From assembly GCA_010909165.1 (NCBI GenBank), contig MU008215.1:124001-188000 (forward strand): a stretch of DNA of 64,000 nt, given 5' to 3'. The translations under genes and the position numbers were made by a program. Below are positions 37,750 to 48,777 of the stretch, piece after piece. Source of the DNA: Anthoceros angustus. Lineage: Eukaryota > Plantae > Anthocerotophyta. Numbering within the stretch: position 1 is the first letter of the stretch; each line of letters opens with the position of its first letter. The notes under the pieces are model-generated. The model worked only from the letters and a program-made list of their open reading frames with translations. It was not told the DNA's origin and did not search any database.

Positions 37750-38585
37750 AACACCATAATGTTCTTTCTGTCGTAATAAACAGGAAGCGGCGTTTTCCCA
37801 CTTTATACAAATAACCGGCGGCAACATGGGCACTCAAACCCTTCTTGGACTATTTGTTTGAAAGTAAGAGGGAAAAAAAGGGTGGCACATGTACTTGAAC
37901 ATGAGTTCATGACATGGGGTGGCCAAACAAAGGGATTTGTTGGAAGACTGAATGCAATTTTGCCTGCAAAACATGCCCATATTTAAGTCCATGTAGGCCG
38001 GGGGCTGCAGAGGGCCTGCTATGCTTTGTAATATGCAACTTTTACACGCATGGTGAGTGGTTTGGGAAATATATGGATATGCATGAAGTGTTGAGCACAG
38101 ACGGGCTTAAACAGTTTGTAACGTGGATGAGGTGTACGGCCTTGGTTGTATTCTCGCACACGCCAATGCAACATCAAGGCAGCCGGTTGTTTTTCCAATT
38201 TTATTGTGGCTGGTCGATAAGGCACAGTGGGCGCCGGCATGCCGCGCCCACCCCCCCGCACTGTACATAGATGAACTTCTATCCATTCCCATCTCGCGGT
38301 TAGCGATAGCAAGAAGCAACAATCGCATTTTACCGCCGAGTTCATGGGCATATTAATTAACCTCGGGCATTGGGACAAGACGACAAAGAGCATGTGGGTG
38401 ACACTTTCGTTGCGGTCCGTTTGTGCACGGTTTGAATTGATAACATCGTATTAATGAGCGGCAAGAATAAAGTAGGCGCTGCTCCATTAATAGGGTGAGT
38501 CCCATAGAGAACTATATAATTGTGAACATCTACTACTCAACATGCTCGCCTATTTTGCAAGGGCATGTTCTCGACTTTGGCCCTT

Positions 38586-41500
38586 TCAAACATCCGCGAC
38601 AATTTCACTCCTCGCCAGACTCAATTCCTTCATCCAATATAGGACCTCCGTCATCACTCGGTCGCTATCGTCCTCTCGTTGCGAAAAGGCGAGTTTTTCG
38701 CGAATGGCCTTCTTATCCAAGCATACAAGTGTTTCCTTCCATTCAAGTTGAATCCATAATAGAGGATTATAGTCTTGTCAACAAACAACCGTTGGATGTT
38801 CTTTGGTAATCCTCTTTTTCCCACCTGCTTCCCATGTCCCGTTCGTAAATCGTGCCCCCGAACAAAAAATTCTTCAACATATTTCCTTCAAACGCATCAG
38901 TGTGCTCAGTTCTGTACCAGTGGACCATAAGCGAAGGCTTCTCACAATCAAAGTCCACGCTGTCCACCTTCCCAATCCAAAAAACTCTGTTATGTGCGTC
39001 TCCTGCACATGGAGTAGCGATGAACATTCCTTTCCGTATCTCCTTGATATCCCCATTCATTTTTTCAATTTGTTGCTGTTGGCGACCAATATTCTGATAT
39101 GCCCCCAAATACATATCGCGTTGGGGTACCTCTCTGAGTAATGCTTCGTCAAGGACAACCTCTTCAGGGACTTGAAGAGGAGGCAAGTTCGCCCCTGCCT
39201 CCGCTCTATTGTACCATCTCCATGGTTTTTAGCACAAGAGCTATGTTGTTCTCCACAATAAGGGCGATTCCCTCTTGATCAATCCAAAACAACCTCCACC
39301 ACACTCTCTCTGCCGCCGTTATGTATGTGACAGTCCTCAAGTTCAATAACCCATTCTTCAAGTGCTTCACACCTTCTGATGGCGACAGACCACCATCCTG
39401 CCCCTTTTTGTCTTTCGCTTTCAAAGCCATAAGTGGAGCTGGACCAACTACAATGGTGGGAACGAAGTTCAAAAATTCTAAACCATCTTGATTCCCGGTG
39501 AAGTGGAATCGCTGCTGCGAACAGAATGCCAGCCTTGCGGCTCTTCCGTGTGATTTTGAACGATGTTGGAAGGAAAGGTTGTTCTGTTTCACGCCTTGTA
39601 TGCATATCCTCTTGCTCCTTTCTGATCGCATACATATGAACGAAAGTCCGCTACTCGTTATAATCTTCACTTCCGGTTTTGGAGTGAATGTCGCCAATGT
39701 CCTGTATCTGTAAAAGCCTCTTTGTGTCTCAAGCTTGAGAAACAAGAAAACATTTGATCTACGATCATGTGTGTGACCAACGAAGGAAACCAACCTTGAC
39801 TTTCACAAACACTTGAAGGTCAACGAGCATATTTAGGTATGCGAATAACAACTGATTTTTGTTCTCCGGCATGTATTGTCAAGTCGAGATAAAGCACTTT
39901 GGAAGCACCCTTCATATGAAAATATGACATCTTGAATTATGTTGATAGTTAGATTCGCGTCATTCCAAATTGGCATAATGCAAATACGCCTCGCCTTGAA
40001 AGTGTAATTATGCACCATACACACTACATGAACATTAATAAGTGAACTATCCGCTAAATCTTTTGGGTATCGAATAAAATGGGGCAGCTTTCCTTCTTTT
40101 GGTCCATACCGCCGATAGCGAAGCATGTACTTGTGAGGTTGAGCATAACTTTTAGAGCGATGCTTTGCGCTTTGTCCCTCTGCTCAGACGTAGTCGATGA
40201 GACGCCGATGCCCCTTCATATACCTCACCGAAAATATGCACATGTCAAAACAAGGAGTATTGCACAATCTCCACCACATTTGACCACAAAACTCCTACAT
40301 GAGTACGGGCACACCGAGCTACACCGCATGCAAGGACTAAGGCAGGATGGGATGTATGGCGACCATGTATTGCGCATCATGCACTATACCCATGGGGAAC
40401 AATATATGCCCATAGGCGCCGGCATGCGGCGCCGACATATATTGCCGGCATAGGTCGGGTCATGCGGTGCTGCAAACCGATGTATGGCATAGGCGCGGCA
40501 TGCCGGCCCGTGCAACCATTACGGACATAGGTCGGGTCATGATGCCCGCAAAAACCGTGGTATGAACATAGGCGCGTATGCGTCGCGTATGTAATAGGAG
40601 CAAAGACTCATGCCTGCCCCCGCTAGCTAGACATAGGCGCCGCATGCCGCCTCCGCACCGAGCTATGTACATAGGCGCGGCATGCCGCCTCCGCACCGAG
40701 CTATGGGCATAGGCGCCGCATGCCGGCGCCCGCACCGAGCTATGTACATAGGCGCGGCATGCGCGCCTATGTAACCAGAGCTCAGGCCATGCGCCTATGT
40801 AACCATATCTATGGGCATAGGCGCCGCATGCCTTTGTAACCGAGAGCTATGGTTACATAGGCACCGCATGCCGCCTTCCTCCAAACATCATGCACGCATG
40901 CCACCATGACGCCTACCACCGCCATTGTAAGCACGATGGTGCCGGCATGCGCCACATGTTATCAACCGTCTTTGTGGGCATGACGCATAAACCGATTGGA
41001 TAAACGGTCCCTACCATGCGGCAACATGTCAACGAACGATTCAATTTCCCGGCTTGATTCGCCTTGTGATTAAAGGAACAAACCTTGATCCGCCTTGCCG
41101 ATGTGTTGCGAATAGTGCGCTTGAGGCCCTCGCAGAGAACAAGTAGAAAACTTTGATTTTGGTATCCGGACCTTGGAAAGTTGTTTCTCCAGGTTAAGAA
41201 ATACGCATAGGAGACGAACTTCATGGAGGACCGTGCCATATCCCTGATCGGGCCCATATTTCCAACTTGGAAAATGTATCGGGCATGTGAAAACATCGAC
41301 GCTCTTTCGACATGAATTGAAAAGTGGAATCCATCCATGCCAGCTCTCACCATGCGACGAGGGTTGCCGAGGATCTGGCCTCGCTCCCCATGGAGCATTG
41401 CACAATACTCTGGCCTTCAACTCCTCGTACCGCTCGGAGCCTATGCAGTAAACTCTCCGGAATGCTTGCAAACAACACCGAATGCGCCCAGTTCCCATGA

Positions 41501-42400
41501 TATGTGTGATGACCTTCTCCTTAGGTTTCGCCGCGACGTCCACATCCACTAGTGACTGCAAAAACGCTTCTTGCTCCGCCCTCCCCATCCTCAGATAACG
41601 ATAGCGCTGCTCTTGCAAGTTTGCCTTGCACAGAGTTTGCACACGAGCTTGTTGCGATGGTTTCAAAGTCCATCACTACCTCGCTATCGCTTTTGGACAA
41701 TGGAACCCCACATGCCCGCCTTTTGAATCACCGAATCCACACATCGCTCGCTACAAATGTTTCACTCGGTGGCTTGGGGTGGAAAGAGCATCTCTCATTA
41801 CCCATCCCTTCGCCGATCCGGTTCGGCAATCGGTGATTCATCGCGAGGTTGAGCCACCTCGCTTTCATCCGCTGCAAACAAACCGGCGCAATGTCGGCGA
41901 TCGATTTGTCCTCTTCCTCCATGCCTCGAACTTCCGGACTCCGCTCCATAGCCGCAGAGGTTCACGTTTCTTGGAGTGTGGGGAACACACCGAGGAAGTC
42001 TTGGTGATGTTTGCGTCGCCTCCTCCACCTTCCCGTAGAAGTCATCTCAACAGATTCAAGCAAGCATCCACATGGTTTGTCTACAATTCCAGTTCCTATG
42101 AAGTGCGCTTGAGTGTAGACGGAGAGGACAAACACACCATCGATGGTCCACATTGCAGGGGTTTGCGGTGTCGCAGATACAAACTTGACACACCCTCGGC
42201 ACCCGTTCAAGCGGGTATTGCGTTTCCTCTTCCGAGTAGCATCAAAGTCCCTCCGAATTGCGACACGATCGCCTCGCCCCTACAAAATCCGGTGGAAGCC
42301 GATTGTCAGCTCTGGAGGAACATTTGAAAGCCTATACAATTGCAAACCGCTGGAACAGCGATCACCTCAAACGCTTCAGAGCTGTGAGTTAAGTGTAACA
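38586..42400 (-). CDS. DUF7869/Sola1-like DDD transposase of S1 (intron-containing, frameshifted; 5' end approximate)
   Basis: Pieces in order: CLQAFRRVYCIG; VRIPKSKFSTCSLC; GMDQ..KLPHF..PK; WNDANLTINII; LDN; VFAYLNMLV..VF.KVKVGFL.VGHTHD.DQMFS; C-terminal FWIGKV...VHWY; stop at ~38586. Confidence 0.82.
40410..40890. repeat. Array of at least 11 ~38-bp units with core CATAGGCGC(C/G)GCATGC, inside a predicted intron (~40225-41083) of the S1 transposase
   Basis: Units start at about 40411, 40449, 40487, 40526, 40568, 40633, 40670, 40708, 40747, 40816 and 40856; minus-strand donor AAG|GTTTGT at 41083. Confidence 0.85.
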
Positions 42401-42979
42401 TCGTGGTGCACTCAGAACTCAGAGGTCACACTAGTCTCCAACCCGACTACCGTTCACCTTTAGAGTCGGTGTGACATATGTAGAGTCTTAGCTTGAAGAG
42501 CTGGCAGACGAAGGCGGCGGTGACAAATGCGATGCATGCACCACTTAAATGCTCAGCAACGGAAATCTTTGAACTCATTGGAGAGTAACCGCGCCGCCTT
42601 TCCCCAACGACATGCGCCACCGCATGAAACCGGATTTGAAACAAGGAATCGATTTAAATGAAGGTAAATGCATGGATTTTACCAATCCGCCAAACGATTG
42701 AGACCGGGCAACTCATATGGTAATCGCGGCTCAAACAGGGGTTTATGTTCCCAAGTGCTCGACGCCGCTGTGAAACACCTTCAGCGGCCTCGCTTCGCTT
42801 TGAACGTCGCAGCAGCGGCAAAGAGTCGAATTGGGAGCGCCACCGCCAATTCCTTCATCGCTTTTGCGCGCCGGTGTAGTAGGTGCGCACCGCCTTGCCT
42901 ATTCCTTTCCACTACGCCGGTCTACATGCACAATTCCACTTTATCTAACCCGCCCGCTTTCCACCGCCGTATGCTGGTA

Positions 42980-45900
42980 TCATGGCATCGGGAGGAAGTT
43001 GCGAGCAAGAAGGACATGGCGACGACTTGACCGCCAGCGCGGCCCCAAGGCGTAAGAAAGGGAAGAAGAAGTCGACAAGGCGAGGATGCAGCCTGTGGCA
43101 TCGGGTCCGCCGGTGGAGAAACACCATAGGGCATCGAAAACCGCTGCAATTCCACAAAAGCAAGCACGACAAAGTCCGGAGCGGCGGGGCGGTGGCGGTG
43201 GATCAAAAGGCGGAAGAAAGGGCAACCAGAGCATCACGCTTATAACTGGAGGAAACCATGCGTTGAGGAGATGACCAATTCTCATGATGCAATTGTTTGC
43301 CTCGACAAGGAGTGGTTTCTTCAGCAGGAAGCCGAAAATTTGGATGATGCTGAGCGGTGGACACCGCTCTTGAAATTGTGGGTAACAGGATATGGACCAG
43401 CGAAGCCTAATCAGAGAGCAAGAGTCGGATGGGTTGTCTGGGCTACCTTGGACATGTCGAACGGGACCCGGAGTTTGAGATGTTGTTGACAACTAAGCCA
43501 CAGCAATTAGATGAAATACGACCGGTTCCTGATGAGTTCAAGGTTTTCACGGTGGCGCTCGGAATGTTCAAGGTGAATAAGTGCACACCAGAGGTGTTGG
43601 TGACCGCATTTCGCGAGAGTATGAACAACCCACAAGTAAGTATTCGTGATCCGATTTAATTGCTGCACCTCCTCCGGTCCTTTCTCGCTCAAGGTGTGAT
43701 TCCCGAACTTTGGCAATTGTGCAGCCGAGGGCTTTCTACAAGCAATGTGTTGTTTCATCACGCACGCTTATTGACCACGGAGAGAAAAGCATGCGGGCGA
43801 GAGCTACCGAATTATGGGAAACGATGCAGGTAGCTCGGAAGATGAAGAACTAGGACCAAGAAGCATGACAAACCCTGGAAGGGCGGTCGGATGACGAAGA
43901 GGGAAAAATATGGAATCGATGCAGGACAAGACAAGGAAGTCAAGAAAACCAAGAATTTGCTATGCCTGGAGCATATGTGGCCTTGCTCATCTGCATATGA
44001 CCCTCAGCTGGAGGACGCCGCATGCCGTCCTCCCCTCGCCTGAGTGTCCCGCCCCGCCAACCCCACATGCTGGCACGTTTATGTCTGTGGAACGTGGAGG
44101 GGACGAGGCAGGACGCCGGCATGCCGGCGTCCTCCCTTCATCATCCCAGGGCCGGCGGCACCCGTCCACAATGGTTGGAGCTGTCCGCGCCGATGATGTA
44201 GGTGACAGGGCTTTGGGGGGACCAAGCACTGGAAGACCGCCTACAGGGAAAACAAGGGGCAGTGGGCCTGGACAGTCATCGAGAAGGAGATCCCCAAGCC
44301 GAATGGAAGAGGAAGACAGACCTTCCGGGAACGAGCTTATCATCGCGGATGTGAACAGGGCCGGTGGGAAGAGGAAAGGAAACATAGAAGCGGATGGCGG
44401 AAACCGAGTCAATCGCAGGATGATGTAGATGTTTCACGGAAAAGGTGAAAAGGAATTTAGCTCCTCCCAGGAAGATGACATACCCACAGTTCATCTTTCA
44501 ACGGATGAGGAGAGGCGGCATCTTCTTTTCACGATGAGGACTATCTAACCAAAGATTCGGATGCAGCAGATGCAAAGAAGGTTGTGCCCGAAACTGTTAG
44601 TGAAGCTGGAGAATCTCAGCCCGCCTGCACCTCACTCCGGATGCATATAAGGCGGGTGGATGAGGCATGGTCCAATTACTTGGCCCGCGTTATTGGAAAG
44701 GGACGAGTGGAAGAGGGCGACCGCTCGTATATGATTGACCCAAAGGAGTGATGATCCGAAGACTTGGGTGGAAGAAATGTATGTAAGAAGTATGTAATGG
44801 GCGTTTTGGGAGGCAATCACACATTTGTGCTATGCAACATCCGGACATTTCGCTGTCAAAGAGCGATTCAAGTGGATAGAGGCTCATGTATATTGTGGGC
44901 TTACTTTACAAGAGATGAGGGTACTGGCAACATATCACAACACAATGTCGGATAAACGCCGAAGATGTCTTTCATTGAGCAAGTTAGATACCTAAGGGAT
45001 GAACTCATTGCGGCAGATGGCGTGCATACAACAATGACTTGAAGTTCAACTTATACAAGGTTCGGGACCGATCAAGACGATGAGGACGAGAAGATGATGC
45101 ATACAAATGTAAAAAGTCACAATGTAACGCACATCTTGTGCATGCCGGAAGGGAAAGTCCGGACCAATGTTGACAAGATCTTCTCAAGTGGGAGGCTTGT
45201 GAATTGCACGAGCAAAAAAACATGTGGCGGTATGAGCAAGAAAAGCAAAGGGAAGCGCAAAGGCAATCAAGACATGAAGCGAAGAAGGGGTGTTTGTGAA
45301 ACCAAAGGAGATGCAGACGGCCCGGGCGTTGCTTTCAAGGCATTCCAACAGCGAGCGGGCAGCAAATGCTCATCAAATCAAAAGTGGTCACCGGTCTCAT
45401 CGATTTGAAGGAATGTCGGATGAGATTATTTTGCGGAAAAAGTTGCATTGGGACCCGCCTTGGTGGCGGCGGCGCCGGTGATGCGGGGCGCCTGCCTGGA
45501 GGGAGGATGGAGGCGCGCATGCCCATCCCTCCTCTCCCCTCCATAAGGCCGGAAGGCCGGTGGCATCTTCCGGATTCAAGTATGAAGGTCTAATGCTAAT
45601 ATTGGTTTCCTTCATGCCGCAGCAATGTATGATTGACCCAAAGGTGTGATGATCCGAAGACTTGGGTGGAAGAAATTCAGAAGTATGTAATGGGCGTTTT
45701 GGGAGGCAATCACACATTTGCTGCTATGCAACATCGCGGACATTTCGCTGTCAAAGAGCGATTCAAGTGGATAGAGGCTCATGTATATTGTGGGCTTACT
45801 TTACAAGAGATGAGGTCGTACGGATCACAACACAATGTCGGATAAGCGGAAGATGTCTTTCATTGAGCAAGTTAGATACCTAAGGGATGAAGCCTCATTG

Positions 45901-47520
45901 CGGCGAGATGGCGTGCATATGTCAATGACTTGGAAGTTCAACTTATACAAGGTTCGGGACCGATCAAGGCGATGAGGGACGAAGATGATGCATACAAAGC
46001 GAACAAAGTCGACAGCACATCTTGTGCATAGCGAAGCGGAAGGAAAGTCTGGACCAATGTTGACAAGATCTTCTCAAGTGGGAGGCTTGTGAATTGCACG
46101 AGCAAAAAAACATGTGGCGGGTGGTATGAGCAAGAAAAGCAAAGGAAGCGCAAAACAGACATGAAGCGAAGAAGGGGTGTTTGTGAAACCAAAGGAGATG
46201 CGAGGCGACGTTGCTTTCAAGGCATTCCAACAGCGGCGGCAGCAAATGCTCATCGATTGCAAGCGAAAAAGTGGTCACCGGTCTCATCGATTTGAAGGAA
46301 TGTCGGATGAGATTATTTTGCGGAAAAAGTTGCATTGGGACCGCTTCTTGGTGGCGGGCGCGGCATGCAGCTTCGCCTTGGAGGAGAGGATGGAGGCGCG
46401 CATGCGCGCCCCTCCCTCTCCCCTCCATAAGGCCGGAAGGCCGGTGGCATCTTGATTCAAATGAAGGCCGTCTAATGCTAATATTGGTTTCCTTCATGCT
46501 GCGCAAGGATATTGAGGTGTTAACGGCGTGCCCAAAATTTTCAACAATTCATTTATGAGGTGAACACATGGAAGGGCTTAGAGGATGAGCAAAGACAACT
46601 AGCCGACCAAGACATAGAGGATGGACTCCTTCAATTCACCGCTCCACATTCGAGAAAAGGTGCAATATCGTACATGGAGAGATATCCTCGACATGCGAGT
46701 ACGTGAGGAAGAGAAGGTACTCTTTGTTTGTGATGGATGTACCGTGGTTTCGAGAAAAGGCCCAAGGACTGACGCTTTGATATTTGGCAAGTGGGAAATG
46801 TTTTGCACTCCTTCCATGACGAATGAATGTGATCGATCGGATGATAATCATGCATGGTGTTGAAGATGCCCATTTGGTGAGAGAGGCTATGAAGTGGTGC
46901 GGAAGGGGACTCATTTCGCTTGTCCGGGACAAGACAAACGTAAACAATGACAAAGGTGGGTCGACATCTTGAGTATGTGACAAGAGGATGGGGTTTGAGG
47001 AAGACAAGTGACTTGCAACGGGCAGTCATGTTACCGAATGCTTTGCAGGGCACATTTAACAATGGAAGATCGGTGATTGGCCACGATACTGTGGTGAAGA
47101 AATTGTTATATCATTCACTCGACAAACTTGTCGTCTGCCCCTACCAAAGGCCTTTGGGGTTAATGATGAAGCTCATCAAGACATTCTCCAAAGAAGGCGA
47201 CTGGATAGTGGATGCTTGTTCAGGGAGTGGGACATCTTTGATGGCTGCTTTGTTGTCTGGCCGCCATTGTATTTCTATTGAGGCTGACAAGAGGTGTGCA
47301 GAGTTCATTCCGCAGCGAGTGCATGGATATGAAGTATTGCTAGATGCAGAAGAGGAGCTCACCCATGAGCCGCACCGCCGAGGAATATCTCGCCTGGGCC
47401 AAGGAGGTTTATGGAGTGAAAAGAAATTGGAAAGGCTCGACAGCCTCTTGTCGCTGTGAGAATGAAAGAACATCTGGAGACCTTTTGGATGAGGGTCAAC
47501 AAACACTAGACACAAAGATG
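42980..47520 (+). CDS. ParB-like domain + beta-class N6-adenine/N4-cytosine DNA methyltransferase of S1 (frameshifted, probably with introns)
   Basis: Basic NLS-like PRRKKGKKK (~43050); GVLGGNHTF ParB/Srx-like motif (~44800 and ~45690); motif IV-like RRYSLFVMDVPW (DVPW 46736-46747); PYQRPLGLMMKLIKTFSKEGDWIVDACSGSGTSLMAALLSGRHCISIEAD (46947..47459). Order IV-TRD-I indicates beta class. Confidence 0.85.
44730..46502. repeat. Tandem duplication (~0.9 kb x2) covering the ParB-like region
   Basis: TATGATTGACCCAAAGG at 44730 and 45628; both copies end GTCTAATGCTAATATTGGTTTCCTTCATGC. Confidence 0.92.
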
Positions 47521-48039
47521 GCACTGCCGGGTTGATGGGATAGAGGAAGATGATGCAGAGGCAATGAAGGCGATGACACTCAAGACCCGATGATAGTCGC
47601 CTTAGAAACATTACCGTCCCCGATGGTATCCGGCATGTGTGTAGCGTAATCCTGTGTTGATCCCAACCAGACACATGTAATGCCCCGTAAACCTAGCACG
47701 CTATCGGTTTGACCATGAGTTTTATGTGCAAGGCCAGTATGCAAGATCCTACTATGGGTTTAGGGTAATGACTTGAACGGCTTGCTTTTAATAAATGTTT
47801 AGGTTTTCTTACAAATTTACTGATGGTGAAGGCCAAAAACCAAGAAAGTATTTCTATAGGTCCATTAAAAAAACAGATCTTGTAAACTAGGCTTTATTGA
47901 GTCTTGCATGCATAGTGCGGTCCACAAGCTCGCTGGCTTACTTTAGAGCCGAATTAGTAAGGGGACAAGAAAGAGGAACCGGCGGCAATCGTTTTGGAAC
48001 CGGCGTTCATTATTCCGATGGAAAGAACATTATGGTGTT

Positions 48040-48777
48040 AGAAGTGGTAAGCCGAGGCTTGATAAGCTCTTTGAAGGTGACGCTCCGAGCAAAAATCAAC
48101 GATCGAGTAGGAGGGTCATAGAGTTTATATGCCTTGGTTTCTTCTCCATAACCAATGAAAACCAAAGGTCTTGCCCTATCCTCGAGCTTCCTACTGCTAC
48201 GAATGGATATAGGCGTAGTCGGTGAGCCGACACCGAGGTGAAGCACTTGGTTTCCGCCCATATCACTTCAAACGGAGTGCGATGTGCACTGTACAAGCTT
48301 GGAAGTCGATTCAAGATATATGTCGAATAACCGCCTCCTCGGGCTTTTGAGGCTGACCAAGCTAGCATGGCACGTGTCATGTTGGTGGTCCGCTTGCGTT
48401 CGCCTACTCCATTTTGTTGTTGAGTATATGGGATACTTAGCTGACGTGTGATCCCTTGAGCTGCAAGGTAATCATTAAATGGAGAGTTAACAAACTCACT
48501 ACCATTATCTGACCTCAAGCATCGGAGGTAACATTCTGTTTGCCTTTGAACCATGATGATCCACTCTTTGAAGAACTGGAAGATCTATGATTTCCTCTTC
48601 ATTGGGTATGTCCAAGAGTAGCGGCTGAAGTCATCTGTTATTGTTAAATAATAGAGGGAGCCACCAAGAGAGGGAACATGTATCTTGCCAGATATATCAG
48701 CATGGACAAGATCTAGGATGTTAGCTGACCTAAAAGCGACATTGGTAGGAAAGGGTAACTCCTTTTGCTTTGCAATC
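48040..48777 (-). CDS. pol: Copia E integrase core and SH3-like region
   Basis: LVHADISGKIHVPSLGG, LRSDNGSEF, QQNGVGERK, FIGYGEETKAYKLYD. The ORF track labels 48096..48554 as +, but its peptide reads from the minus strand. Confidence 0.92.

Larger units (their letters stand above)
37750..48039. mobile_element. DNA transposon S1 (10.29 kb), DUF7869/Sola1-like, carrying a ParB-like/amino-DNA-methyltransferase gene
   Basis: TIR AACACCATAATGTTCTTTC (19/19, then 27/30) at 37750-37779 and 48010-48039; 4-bp TSD AGAA at 37746-37749 and 48040-48043; excision restores the Copia pol frame KPRLTTS|TLDSEFV. Confidence 0.92.
35124..48777 (-). mobile_element. Ty1/Copia element E (minus strand), interrupted by S1 and cut off at 48777 by element D
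   Basis: 3' LTR 35124-35410 with PPT at 35411-35417; RH, RT and IN in Copia order; pol frame continuous across the S1 insertion. Confidence 0.9.

Noticed and set aside
37900-38500. Possible third gene (PHD-like Cys/His pattern) at the left end of S1
   Set aside because: Cys/His spacing could not be assembled into a convincing finger; more likely 3' UTR or subterminal DNA.
40410-40890. Repeat array as a CRISPR array
   Set aside because: Degenerate tandem units without unique spacers, no cas genes, eukaryotic intronic context.
46947-47459. MTase as bacterial contamination or an R-M system
   Set aside because: It lies inside a TIR/TSD-bounded element inserted into a plant-type Copia, the partner transposase gene has predicted GT-AG introns, and no endonuclease was recognised.
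48096-48554. Plus-strand label in the ORF track (also 21412..21858)
   Set aside because: The listed peptides read from the reverse complement, so they were treated as minus strand.
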